From: Escherichia phage OSYSP
Length of the DNA: 64,000 bases
Reading direction: 5' to 3' (one strand)
Sequence record: MF402939
The translations under genes and the position numbers were made by a program. This document shows, one piece after another, positions 1 to 7,523 of the stretch. The notes below the pieces were generated by a model. That model was not told where the DNA came from. It ran no database searches and saw only the letters and a list, made by a program, of their open reading frames with translations. The stretch's first letter is position 1, and each line of letters begins with the position of its first letter.

Positions 1-159
1 ATGTGGGAAGACTGTCCAATACTTCTTGCGGTTGTTCTTCACACGTTGCCGATGGTGACGTCTTAATGCTCGATCCACACATTTCTCCTAAAACTTGAGA
101 GATAAATGGAGTTTGCTCGACTACCTTGCGTAGCTGGGAGAAATCGTACCCAAACCCCA

Positions 160-528
160 TTATATCGCCTGAGTAAATGTACGACTAATAACGTCGTTCT
201 GTTGTTCACGCGTCAATGCGTTAAATCGAACAGCATAGCCAGAGACACGGATGGTCAACTGAGGATATTTTTCAGGATGTTTCTGTGCATCCAAAAGCTG
301 ATCACGGCTTAACACATTGACATTTAGGTGCTGACCACCCTCGACTTGAGGAACCACTTCCACATCTACAATGCGAAAGGCCTCAGAGTCAAAGTGAGGT
401 GTGATACCTTCTAGATCTTCAACTAGAACTTTCTGTTTAAGTTCACCATCTTTAGAATATAGTTGAATGATCTGATTGTTATGAACAATGTTAATTACGC
501 CAGACTTAAGACTTTGATATGCTTTCAT
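160..528 (-). CDS. GrcA/YfiD-like autonomous glycyl-radical cofactor protein
   Basis: 122-aa ORF; C-terminal half carries the glycyl-radical domain signature [11 protein letters not shown]...[20 protein letters not shown]...TFT as in E. coli GrcA and pyruvate formate-lyase C-terminus; GGGAGA just upstream of ATG. Confidence 0.8.
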   Translation of the reverse strand: MKAYQSLKSGVINIVHNNQIIQLYSKDGELKQKVLVEDLEGITPHFDSEAFRIVDVEVVPQVEGGQHLNVNVLSRDQLLDAQKHPEKYPQLTIRVSGYAVRFNALTREQQNDVISRTFTQAI

Positions 529-898
529 TAGATCTCCCTGATGTTAGAATTTGGCTCAGCTTTTTGTTAACCCAGAAGCAAGATAAAAACTGGAAGGCAG
601 GCTTGCTTATTATCTAATCACTAGATACTGTTGGGGGTGCTAGCATTCCGGTGAGATTGATGGTCTCGATTAGATAAATAAGCACTGGAACTTTGATTTT
701 AACGTTGCGATCTTCCAGGTCTGTTGCAACTACGTGATTGCTCACGCTAAGACAATGGCTATCTAAAGTCTTAGCTTCTACATTTATACTCCTGGGTAGC
801 ATGGAGTTGCAGTCTACTTCCTGCTGTCACGCCCGGCCATTTATAGAATGTGGACTCTCTTCTCAGCAGGATCTGGTACAATGACCTGATCCTCTGTT

Positions 899-974
899 TG
901 GTAGTTAGTAGTGGATTTGAACCACTGTAGTCGCTCCGTATGAAGGAGGTGCATAACCGCTCTGCCAACTAACT
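899..974 (-). tRNA. tRNA, anticodon CAT (Met or Ile2)
   Basis: Cloverleaf folded by eye: acceptor AGTTAGT/ACTAACT, T-arm AGTGG-TTCAAAT-CCACT, anticodon loop TTCATAC, encoded CCA. Confidence 0.55.
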
Positions 975-980
975 ATAATT

Positions 981-1056
981 TGGTACTCCGACTTGGGATC
1001 GAACCAAGATTTGACGATTATCGGTCGCCTGTTCTAACCTGTTGAACTATCAGAGC
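981..1056 (-). tRNA. tRNA-Ile (anticodon GAT)
   Basis: Acceptor GCTCTGA/TCGGAGT (two G-U pairs), D-arm GTTC..GAAC, anticodon arm GGCGA-CCGATAA-TCGTC, T-arm CTTGG-TTCGATC-CCAAG, CCA encoded; position 33 is C. Confidence 0.55.
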
Positions 1057-1057
1057 A

Positions 1058-1351
1058 TTACATCATTTCATCTAAGTAAGAGGTATACTGGTATTTAGCT
1101 TCCCCAGTTTTATCTACTTCGACTTCTGTTCTAGGTACTTTTCGTACCAGACCATGAATCATTTTGTACTGAATAGCCTTAGATGGTTCGTGATCTTTTG
1201 GAAATACTTGTTTAACCGTTACTACTTTGAATCCTTCACGAGGAGTTAGCACAACAACTTGATCACCTTCTTTAATTTTCCAGGACTCAGGAAATTCGTA
1301 AGTGTAGCGTTGACCACCAGTTTGGAACACGACAGAAAGATAACGTTTCAT
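1058..1351 (-). CDS. hypothetical protein (97 aa)
   Basis: ORF track; AAGGGA Shine-Dalgarno upstream; sits between tRNA genes, downstream of a consensus promoter. Confidence 0.6.
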   Translation of the reverse strand: MKRYLSVVFQTGGQRYTYEFPESWKIKEGDQVVVLTPREGFKVVTVKQVFPKDHEPSKAIQYKMIHGLVRKVPRTEVEVDKTGEAKYQYTSYLDEMM

Positions 1352-1381
1352 TTGGTTTCCCTTTCATTAATTTATATAAAT

Positions 1382-1410
1382 ATTATAACAAGAAATAAGA
1401 GAGAAGGCAA
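1382..1410 (-). promoter_or_regulatory. sigma70-type early promoter (TTGCCT-17-TATAAT)
   Basis: Read on minus strand; AT-rich upstream region; member of the repeated promoter family in this window. Confidence 0.6.
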
Positions 1411-1425
1411 ATGAATTTTTAAATT

Positions 1426-1500
1426 TGGTGCTCCCACCAGGAATCGAACCCGGTTCAGATGCTTACAAGGCAACTGCATCGCCAGCAATGCTTTAGGAGC
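1426..1500 (-). tRNA. tRNA-Thr (anticodon TGT)
   Basis: Acceptor GCTCCTA/TGGGAGC, anticodon loop CTTGTAA, T-arm CCGGG-TTCGATT-CCTGG, CCA encoded. Confidence 0.6.
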
Positions 1501-1667
1501 AATAAACCCGTTATTTCAACGGGATTTCTTTTTCAAATATAGGGGACTTATCAGACATTACTGTCATAGCCAACTGCTGTAGAAATTCGAATGAGAGTTT
1601 TAAACGTTCTTCTCCTAACTCAACCTCAACGCACTTCATTCGTTTATCTACTTTTAGCTTTAGATTA

Positions 1668-1889
1668 TCAGCCATCTTCGGATTCTCTTTGCTCAGCTAT
1701 TGCTAGCCAGTCTGGTAAAAGAAACTTCGTACGAAATTCTTCATATGTTTCTTCTGGATGAAAGCTATAGCCTTGTTTTTCATCATTTAATAAAACCGAA
1801 CCATCTTCTTGCTCATAAGCTCGGTATGTTTCACCAATAATTAAAACTCGTCTATTAGGATTTTTATTACGAAACTCAAAAACGTCCAT
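1668..1889 (-). CDS. hypothetical protein (73 aa)
   Basis: ORF track; AAGGA SD upstream. Confidence 0.55.
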   Translation of the reverse strand: MDVFEFRNKNPNRRVLIIGETYRAYEQEDGSVLLNDEKQGYSFHPEETYEEFRTKFLLPDWLAIAEQRESEDG

Positions 1890-1904
1890 AACGTTTCCTT
1901 AAAT

Positions 1905-1979
1905 TGGTGCGGGATACGAGAGTCGAACTCGTGTCTACTGGTTGGAAGCCAGTTATTCTAGCCACTGAACTAATCACGC
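1905..1979 (-). tRNA. tRNA-Gly (anticodon TCC)
   Basis: Anticodon arm ACTGG-CTTCCAA-CCAGT, D-arm GTTC-AGTGGCTA-GAAT, CCA encoded; one acceptor mismatch. Confidence 0.6.
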
Positions 1980-1985
1980 ATAAAT

Positions 1986-2061
1986 TGGCTGGAGAAGGAG
2001 GAATCGAACCTACCATTAACGGAGTCAAAGGCCGTTGTGCTAACCATTACACTACTCTCCA
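1986..2061 (-). tRNA. tRNA-Gln (anticodon TTG)
   Basis: Acceptor starts U1 (TGGAGAG/TTCTCCA) with discriminator G as in bacterial tRNA-Gln; anticodon loop CTTTGAC; CCA encoded. Confidence 0.6.
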
Positions 2062-2067
2062 AGTATT

Positions 2068-2143
2068 TGGCTGGGATGCCACGGATCGAACGTGGGACCT
2101 TCGGAGTCAGAGGCCGACGATCTGCCAATTGATCTACATCCCA
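2068..2143 (-). tRNA. tRNA-Gln (anticodon CTG)
   Basis: Acceptor TGGGATG/CATCCCA, anticodon loop CTCTGAC, T-arm CCACG-TTCGATC-CGTGG, discriminator G, CCA encoded. Confidence 0.6.
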
Positions 2144-2156
2144 ATAATTCTTTACT

Positions 2157-2351
2157 CTACGGAAATAGAGTAACTGGCTCAGGTTCTTCAAGGCGCTTAC
2201 CTTCATGATCTACTCGAATGACTCCGCATCCTTCGCAAACCACAACTGCACCATAACCTTCTTTGACTTCGGCTTCTGTAATCAGACCAGCTAAGTCACC
2301 AGTATCTTTACCCCACATATCAATGGAGCATTGTTTGCAGAAATCAGCCAT
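2157..2351 (-). CDS. small zinc-ribbon-like protein (64 aa, CxxC...CxxC)
   Basis: ORF track; two CxxC pairs; AGGA upstream. Confidence 0.55.
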   Translation of the reverse strand: MADFCKQCSIDMWGKDTGDLAGLITEAEVKEGYGAVVVCEGCGVIRVDHEGKRLEEPEPVTLFP

Positions 2352-2376
2352 ATTTTATTTCCTATTTAAGTTAATT

Positions 2377-2453
2377 TGGGGTGGCTAGTGGAATTCGAAT
2401 CCACATAGGCCTGATTCACAATCAGGATCATTAACCAATTATGATATAGCCAC
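2377..2453 (-). tRNA. tRNA-His (anticodon GTG)
   Basis: Acceptor GTGGCTA/TAGCCAC, anticodon arm CCTGA-TTGTGAA-TCAGG, T-arm GTGGA-TTCGAAT-TCCAC, discriminator C, CCA encoded. Confidence 0.7.
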
Positions 2454-2820
2454 AATTGAAAACTCGCAGGGTTAGCGAAACCATCCTCAATTAGCATGTT
2501 CTAGAATACTAATCAAGTTATCTCCTATTGCACGCAGCTCAAGACGAGTACGAATTTTCAATTGTGGCGGCTCTCAGAAACTCTTCTATTCTAGCCTCAG
2601 AAGCTTACCCCCGAACGCATGTCGGGAAAGTCTTTCCAAGCGCATCAAATAGCACCGTTACACTTTGAGCCATTGATGTATCAAGGAATAGAAGGACTTG
2701 AACCTTCATGAGTTAGACCATTTAACTCAACCGCTTTTAAGGTATATTTCTAGGAGTGGATGTTCCTAGTAAACCTATTGGGCAGTCCCGTCTACCAATT
2801 CCGGCATATTCCAAGAATTT

Positions 2821-3003
2821 TTATAAACCAGCGGAAGCCTCATTTAAAGCATCAACAATAGCCTGTTGTTGAGTCCATCCTCTACCAGTAGAATTAACGT
2901 GTGGAAGATATACTTCCCAATAACCGTCTTCTAGTAAGGTTATTTGTGCACTAAACTCTGTGCCATCAGTTAGTGTAACCTTCACAGTTTTCGTTAAAGA
3001 CAT
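2821..3003 (-). CDS. hypothetical protein (60 aa)
   Basis: ORF track only; weak SD. Confidence 0.4.
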   Translation of the reverse strand: MSLTKTVKVTLTDGTEFSAQITLLEDGYWEVYLPHVNSTGRGWTQQQAIVDALNEASAGL

Positions 3004-3019
3004 ATATTACCCTATAAGT

Positions 3020-3109
3020 TGGCAGAAGATAATGGAGTCGAACCATCACCGTATCACTACAGCGGGCTGGTTTTCAAGACCAGTTACGTACCACTACGTC
3101 CTATCTTCT
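3020..3109 (-). tRNA. tRNA-Ser (anticodon TGA), type II
   Basis: Acceptor AGAAGAT/ATCTTCT, anticodon arm CTGGT-CTTGAAA-ACCAG, long variable arm, CCA encoded. Confidence 0.6.
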
Positions 3110-3122
3110 AGTATTTATTATA

Positions 3123-3470
3123 CTAATAGTCACTCGTACTAGTGAAGTTTTCTACTTTTCCACAGATTTTACAAGTCCTACGATGATAATAGGTAATTTT
3201 TACTTTAGACCAGCCATCGTGATCATTACCTAGGTTTTCTGTTACTCCCCAAGTATGAGAACACTCATTTTCAATTTGCTTAGTAAGAGCGTTATAGCGA
3301 GTATAAAACTCCTCCTGAGCAATAGCAAATTCTTTCTGTAGTTTATCACGAGCAATAATAGCACGTTCCAGATATGTTAAATCAGGCATTCCAGCTTTTT
3401 CAGCTGCATCTATAATCTTATCTTCATCTAAAGATGCTAAAAACTCTAGAGCTTTATCTTTTGCTAGCAT
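3123..3470 (-). CDS. hypothetical protein (115 aa) with C-terminal zinc-ribbon-like motif
   Basis: ORF track; GAGGT SD; C-terminal C..H...CKICG. Confidence 0.6.
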   Translation of the reverse strand: MLAKDKALEFLASLDEDKIIDAAEKAGMPDLTYLERAIIARDKLQKEFAIAQEEFYTRYNALTKQIENECSHTWGVTENLGNDHDGWSKVKITYYHRRTCKICGKVENFTSTSDY

Positions 3471-3489
3471 TATTATTACCTCAATTGTT

Positions 3490-3580
3490 TGGCGGAAGAG
3501 GAGAGATTTGAACTCTCAAGCCGTTTTACCAGTCAGCCACTTTCCAAGCGGTTTTCGTCGCCAATTCGATTTGCTCTTCC
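3490..3580 (-). tRNA. tRNA-Ser (anticodon GGA), type II
   Basis: Acceptor GGAAGAG/CTCTTCC, T-arm GAGAG-TTCAAAT-CTCTC, anticodon loop TTGGAAA with 4-bp stem, long variable arm, CCA encoded. Confidence 0.5.
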
Positions 3581-3692
3581 AATAATAAGATGATGCCTCT
3601 ATCACACCAGGCAGTTACGCCTCGCTGGGATTCGAACCCATTAAAACAGCTCAACCGAGATAGTAGGTTTAATTTACTCTGACCATCAAATT

Positions 3693-3769
3693 TGGTGCGT
3701 GACAAGGGATTCGAACCCTCAAAACCCGACTTCTAAGGACGGTATGTATGCCAATTCCATCAATCACGC
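3693..3769 (-). tRNA. tRNA, anticodon TAG (Leu CUA reader?) with short variable arm
   Basis: Acceptor GCGTGAT/GTCACGC, anticodon arm CCGTC-CTTAGAA-GTCGG, T-arm GAGGG-TTCGAAT-CCCTT, discriminator A, CCA encoded; 77 nt, not the type II length expected for Leu. Confidence 0.45.
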
Positions 3770-3774
3770 GTATT

Positions 3775-3853
3775 TGGTGGAGGATAACGAATTCGAATCG
3801 TTCTGATGTCCTCGGTGCAAGCGAGGTGTCCACCCCTAGCAGACCCATCCCCC
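3775..3853 (-). tRNA. tRNA-Ala (anticodon TGC)
   Basis: Acceptor GGGGGAT/ATCCTCC with G3-U70 pair (Ala identity), anticodon arm CCTCG-CTTGCAC-CGAGG, T-arm AACGA-TTCGAAT-TCGTT, CCA encoded. Confidence 0.65.
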
Positions 3854-4092
3854 AAATTCTTTAGTTTACTAAGGCTATTAGCTCGGCGTAACTACAGCAC
3901 CTTCGCTTCGAGCGGAAGGAACCGCGTCATCTCGCAAACCCGATACACTATTCAGTTGCCGTTGAATCTAGTGGACTAATCTAGAACTTCTCCCGAATCG
4001 TAGGGATCGTGCTTTTTGGCAGCCAGTCCTAGGTCGAGCTAATACCTTAGTGAACTATGATGGGGATTTCTCCCCTATCAATTAATATAAAT

Positions 4093-4121
4093 ATTATAAC
4101 AAGAAATTAAGCATTAAGCAA
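4093..4121 (-). promoter_or_regulatory. sigma70-type promoter (TTGCTT-17-TATAAT) driving leftward transcription into ORF-free region 3854-4092
   Basis: Consensus hexamers with 17-nt spacer on minus strand; overlaps stop of CDS 4114-4473. Confidence 0.6.
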
Positions 4122-4473
4122 GTACATTTTTGCAGATTTCTTGTAGTTCCTTTACATCACGAACGTAAAGGTAGTCTGAACTTCCAGAGTGCATACTTTG
4201 CATAAACACACCCTCATCTGGCGCAGCATCCTTCAAAGTAATTCCTAACCAAAAAGCGGCAAAACGAGGTGTTACCTCACCTTGACTTGCCTTGAATACA
4301 TCGGCTTCTGTGATCTCCTGACCAGTAGAAAGTCCCATATACGGTACGTTCAGATCAATATCTTTGTAGAATTCAGCTAGGTCTTGTTCGAAGTCCCAAC
4401 CTTTAGAGATAGCGAACTCTATTGTTACATGACCGAAATAGCCTTGAACCTTGCTTGATAATTGCATTTGCAA
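4114..4473 (-). CDS. hypothetical protein (119 aa)
   Basis: ORF track; AAGGA SD. Confidence 0.6.
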   Translation of the reverse strand: MQMQLSSKVQGYFGHVTIEFAISKGWDFEQDLAEFYKDIDLNVPYMGLSTGQEITEADVFKASQGEVTPRFAAFWLGITLKDAAPDEGVFMQSMHSGSSDYLYVRDVKELQEICKNVLA

Positions 4474-4492
4474 TTCCTTATTTTGAGTTAAT

Positions 4493-4566
4493 TGGTACTC
4501 GGTGATAGAATCGAACTATCGCAACCGCCGTGTAAAGACGGGGTTCTCCCATTAAACTAACCGAGC
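4493..4566 (-). tRNA. tRNA-Val (anticodon TAC)
   Basis: Acceptor GCTCGGT/ACCGAGT, anticodon arm CCGTC-TTTACAC-GGCGG, T-arm GATAG-TTCGATT-CTATC, CCA encoded. Confidence 0.6.
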
Positions 4567-4699
4567 AAAAGATTTGCTACTAAAAATGCTTCGAACAGAA
4601 ATTCACAAAATCCCGCTAAAAACATACCTATTGTAAAATCGGCAGAAAATACATAGGAATCTTTTATTTTCTGCTTCATTAAGTAAAACCAGATAGTCA

Positions 4700-5017
4700 T
4701 TAAAATCTCTCCATTCTAAAGCCAATGAAGTAAGGTGCATTACACGGAACATGCTTAAGATCTTTAAGGGTAATTTTACGTCCTAAGCGTCGTTCCATAC
4801 AAGTGAAACATAGAACAATATCTTTGGGCTGCTCTTTTCTTATCTGATCCCAGACCCAATCTTCAACCATACACATTTCATGGTATTGTTCACAGTCTCG
4901 ACAATAATGACACTGATGTTCTGGTACTTTTTGATTTTTAATACACAGTTCAGTAAAGCGTTTTCCGGCTCTGCCAGACATTTCTGATATTGTTTCTAGA
5001 ACTTTGTTAATATTCAT
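4700..5017 (-). CDS. cysteine/histidine-rich hypothetical protein (105 aa)
   Basis: ORF track; AAGGA SD; multiple CxxC/HxxC motifs. Confidence 0.6.
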   Translation of the reverse strand: MNINKVLETISEMSGRAGKRFTELCIKNQKVPEHQCHYCRDCEQYHEMCMVEDWVWDQIRKEQPKDIVLCFTCMERRLGRKITLKDLKHVPCNAPYFIGFRMERF

Positions 5018-5034
5018 AACAAATTCCTTTAAAT

Positions 5035-5113
5035 TGGTAGATCGCCTGGGACTCGAACCCAGAACCTTCCGATTAAAAGTCGGATGCTACTAAACCTATT
5101 GAGCTAGCGATCT
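5035..5113 (-). tRNA. tRNA-Lys (anticodon TTT)
   Basis: Acceptor AGATCGC/GCGATCT, anticodon arm TCCGA-CTTTTAA-TCGGA, T-arm CTGGG-TTCGAGT-CCCAG, CCA encoded. Confidence 0.6.
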
Positions 5114-5114
5114 A

Positions 5115-5282
5115 TTAATAACCATTGTATACTTCTTTAATAGAGTGAACTTTCAAGTAAGGGTGATTAGTACTAAACTCTACCATTACTTCATCCCAAT
5201 TTTTACCATAATGAGCAAGTAAGGATTTTGATGTATTCTTACCTAAACGTTTGTCACTTACTACTAATCGAAATACTTTCAT
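5115..5282 (-). CDS. small hypothetical protein (55 aa)
   Basis: Not in ORF track (under 60 aa); ATG preceded by GAGGA at 7-nt spacing; fills gap between two tRNAs. Confidence 0.4.
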   Translation of the reverse strand: MKVFRLVVSDKRLGKNTSKSLLAHYGKNWDEVMVEFSTNHPYLKVHSIKEVYNGY

Positions 5283-5302
5283 TTCGAAATCCTCTATTAA
5301 AG

Positions 5303-5380
5303 TGGAAGCGGGTGCAGGAATCGAACCTACCTCTTTCTAGCTTATGAGACTAGCGATCTCTACCAGAGATCTAACCCGCA
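5303..5380 (-). tRNA. tRNA, anticodon CAT (Met or Ile2)
   Basis: Anticodon arm CTAGT-CTCATAA-GCTAG, T-arm GTAGG-TTCGATT-CCTGC, CCA encoded; position 1-72 is T-T. Confidence 0.55.
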
Positions 5381-5386
5381 ATTGTT

Positions 5387-5464
5387 TGGTCTCCGTGGGA
5401 GGATTTGAACCCCCGACCCTATCGCCCCAAACGAAACGCTCTGGCCAAACTGAGCTACACGGAG
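5387..5464 (-). tRNA. tRNA-Pro (anticodon TGG)
   Basis: Acceptor CTCCGTG/CACGGAG, D-arm GCTC..GAGC, anticodon loop TTTGGGG, T-arm GGGGG-TTCAAAT-CCTCC, CCA encoded. Confidence 0.55.
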
Positions 5465-5468
5465 AATA

Positions 5469-5627
5469 TTATTTCTTTAACCACAGCAAAGATAAGCCCA
5501 GCATACTAAAACCGCTAACTAATCCGATACATTTTTCTTCTATAGTAAGAGTATCTAGATTAAATGCTGTTATAGCTATTGGCATACACCATAATGCCAT
5601 AAAAACTTGAGCTATCTTGTGTTTCAT
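5469..5627 (-). CDS. small hydrophobic peptide (52 aa, likely membrane)
   Basis: Not in ORF track; ATG with AAGGA SD immediately downstream of promoter 5660-5688; translation MKHKIAQVFMALWCMPIAITAF... is hydrophobic. Confidence 0.4.
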   Translation of the reverse strand: MKHKIAQVFMALWCMPIAITAFNLDTLTIEEKCIGLVSGFSMLGLSLLWLKK

Positions 5628-5659
5628 TTTGCTTTCCTTCTCTTCACTTTATAAAATAT

Positions 5660-5688
5660 ATTATACAGAGAATTAAGCAGAATAGCAA
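5660..5688 (-). promoter_or_regulatory. sigma70-type early promoter (TTGCTA-17-TATAAT)
   Basis: Consensus hexamers on minus strand with AT-rich upstream element. Confidence 0.65.
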
Positions 5689-5999
5689 ATGAATTTTTAA
5701 TAAATTTACTTATTGTGTAGGCCACCTGGAGGCTATGAACCCCACGGCTGACAAAGAAGTTTGCGAGACCTCTCTTAAATGCCAGAATAGACCCGCCTAT
5801 CTATCGGAACCTACTCAATAAGTAAACTTTCGTTTACTTACGCCCCGTTAGAGGGACTTTAGCGACTAGAACCGGCCGGAAACTTTATCGCCTTGTTTAT
5901 TAAGAAGTCCGTTCTCTAGGAAGCAGAAATCTAAATTTGGTGGAGTTTGGGAGACTACGTGTTACTTCCTCTGTCCGAAGTAGGACAGTGCTTAACCGT

Positions 6000-6191
6000 T
6001 TAGCTGAACCCCTTTAAATATTTATACGTTTTATCTAACAACTCTTGTTTAGAGATTATACCATCACGATATTCAGTAATAAAATTATCTATGTTGGAGT
6101 CCTTTGATACAACGTTATCAGATAGCTCTGTGAATTTATTTGCTAAAAGATCTAATTCTTTGTAATTCACAAAACCTCCAGAATATGTCAT
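6000..6191 (-). CDS. hypothetical protein (63 aa)
   Basis: ORF track; no clear SD. Confidence 0.35.
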   Translation of the reverse strand: MTYSGGFVNYKELDLLANKFTELSDNVVSKDSNIDNFITEYRDGIISKQELLDKTYKYLKGFS

Positions 6192-6431
6192 TCTAGTCAG
6201 GACTTGAACCTGCTATCACTTGTGCGGACTTACGAGAACCATTCTTTCACTCGAATCGAACGAGCTTCTGCCCTAGCCAAGCTGGTTTCCCCATCAACCA
6301 CGCTAGAATGTTTGATTGTTTTCAGTGCAAGAGTCCGAGTCTTGGACACGACCGCTTCGCAAATACATAGGCAGCTTATCATGAGTCGGCACTTCCGAAT
6401 TGCTAGCTCCGTGTTCTGCACTGAAATTTTG

Positions 6432-6779
6432 TTAATTTAATAGTAAAGTACGATCTACTTCACCATTAATTGTTCGGCATTCTTCTGGGATTGCCGGTGT
6501 AGTCTTATATTCCCACCATTCAGAACCATCATATTCACCACGTTCTAACCAAGTTCCATCGGTAAACCATACGTTACCATAAAGCAATTGTCCGCCGAAA
6601 CCAGAATCATATTTAAAGTCTAGATTATCTAGAAAATCTTCAATATCTTTTTCTGTATAACCTACGGGTAATACCCAAACTTCTTTATCCCCATAATAAC
6701 CGAATTCTATCTTAATACACTTAACTTCAGAATTAGTATTCTTTAGGGCAAGTAACAATTCTTCTTTAGCATTAATCAT
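6432..6779 (-). CDS. hypothetical protein (115 aa)
   Basis: ORF track; weak SD. Confidence 0.55.
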   Translation of the reverse strand: MINAKEELLLALKNTNSEVKCIKIEFGYYGDKEVWVLPVGYTEKDIEDFLDNLDFKYDSGFGGQLLYGNVWFTDGTWLERGEYDGSEWWEYKTTPAIPEECRTINGEVDRTLLLN

Positions 6780-6805
6780 AGCGTATTTCTCGTGCTAGTT
6801 TAGTT

Positions 6806-6882
6806 TGGCGCGACCGATGGGATTCGAACCCACATTCTCTCCCGTGACAGGGGAGTACCATTACCAAGCCAGCCCCGGTCGC
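6806..6882 (-). tRNA. tRNA-Asp (anticodon GTC)
   Basis: Acceptor GCGACCG/CGGTCGC, anticodon arm CTCCC-CTGTCAC-GGGAG, T-arm GTGGG-TTCGAAT-CCCAT, discriminator G, CCA encoded. Confidence 0.7.
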
Positions 6883-6891
6883 ATAATTCAT

Positions 6892-7077
6892 TTACTCAGC
6901 TTTGAGTTTTTCAATAGCTGCATTAAGTTCCTTAAGAAACTCTTTTCGTACATTAAGACGATTAAGACTTACTAGTATATCATGTTTAAGTTCTTCGATG
7001 TATTTCTTCTCAACTTCAATATTGTTGATAGTGCTATCACGATGAACTTCTAGCTGTGCAATTACATTCTTGGACAT
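6892..7077 (-). CDS. hypothetical protein (61 aa, predicted coiled coil)
   Basis: ORF track; GAGGA SD. Confidence 0.5.
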   Translation of the reverse strand: MSKNVIAQLEVHRDSTINNIEVEKKYIEELKHDILVSLNRLNVRKEFLKELNAAIEKLKAE

Positions 7078-7104
7078 GCTTGTTTCCTCAGTTATTAATG
7101 AAAA

Positions 7105-7177
7105 TGGTATCTGTGGCTGAATTCGATGTCAGCAATGATAGCTGGTTGGCTACCGGTTTACTTAACTCTACACAGAA
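7105..7177 (-). tRNA. tRNA-like element, non-canonical (possible TCA-containing anticodon loop)
   Basis: 3' CACAGAT-A-CCA pairs with 5' TTCTGTG; stem CAGC/GCTG flanks loop TATCATT; D-arm and T-loop are atypical. Confidence 0.3.
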
Positions 7178-7179
7178 TT

Positions 7180-7262
7180 TGGCGGGCCGTGTAGGATTCG
7201 AACCTACGTTGTCTTTCGACATGGATTAACAGTCCACCGCCAAACCGCTTGGCTAACGACCC
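7180..7262 (-). tRNA. tRNA, anticodon GTT (Asn-type anticodon arm) with extended variable hairpin
   Basis: Acceptor GGGTCGT/ACGGCCC, D-arm GCCA-AGCGGTT-TGGC, anticodon arm GTGGA-CTGTTAA-TCCAT, 13-nt variable hairpin GTCGAAAGAC, T-arm GTAGG-TTCGAAT-CCTAC, CCA encoded. Confidence 0.55.
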
Positions 7263-7269
7263 TAAAATT

Positions 7270-7345
7270 TGGACGACCGCATGAGATTTGAACTCACATA
7301 AAAAGGATTTGCAATCCTTCGCCTAAGCCATTCAGCCAACGGTCG
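7270..7345 (-). tRNA. tRNA-Cys (anticodon GCA)
   Basis: Acceptor CGACCGT/GCGGTCG, anticodon arm AAGGA-TTGCAAA-TCCTT, T-arm GTGAG-TTCAAAT-CTCAT, CCA encoded. Confidence 0.65.
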
Positions 7346-7523
7346 ATTTATCTTGTTTTTCGAGATCTTCAAATTCTAAATCATTGAAGTTCCCTAGAGT
7401 ACGTGTATAGAACCCGTCTCCTGAGTCATAGCCTGATTTAGCACAATCACACATTTTAAATTCACGAAGATGTGTGAAGACATGTTCAGAACCACAACAC
7501 TTAAATATAACTAATCGTTTCAT
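7332..7523 (-). CDS. hypothetical Cys-containing protein (63 aa)
   Basis: ORF track; start overlaps stop of upstream ORF; last codons overlap the 5' end of tRNA-Cys. Confidence 0.45.
   Translation of the reverse strand: MKRLVIFKCCGSEHVFTHLREFKMCDCAKSGYDSGDGFYTRTLGNFNDLEFEDLEKQDKSTVG

Noticed and set aside
1-82. Possible 5' end of a minus-strand gene running off the window start (ATG at 80-82)
   Set aside because: Only 27 codons are visible and the GGAG-to-ATG spacing is too short for confidence; not called as a feature.
106-312. Plus-strand 68-aa ORF
   Set aside because: Antisense to and fully inside the GrcA-like gene region; no ribosome binding site; the GrcA-like reading frame has strong homology support.
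614-968. Track ORFs 614-802 and 771-968 (minus)
   Set aside because: No ribosome binding site; 771-968 overlaps the CAT-anticodon tRNA at 899-974; likely chance ORFs in an RNA-rich region.
1904-2206. Track ORFs 1904-2173 (+) and 1970-2206 (-)
   Set aside because: They cover three consecutive tRNA genes (Gly, Gln, Gln), whose cloverleaf structures explain the sequence better.
5344-5610. Plus-strand 88-aa ORF
   Set aside because: Overlaps tRNA CAT and tRNA-Pro on the opposite strand and a better-supported minus-strand small ORF; no SD.
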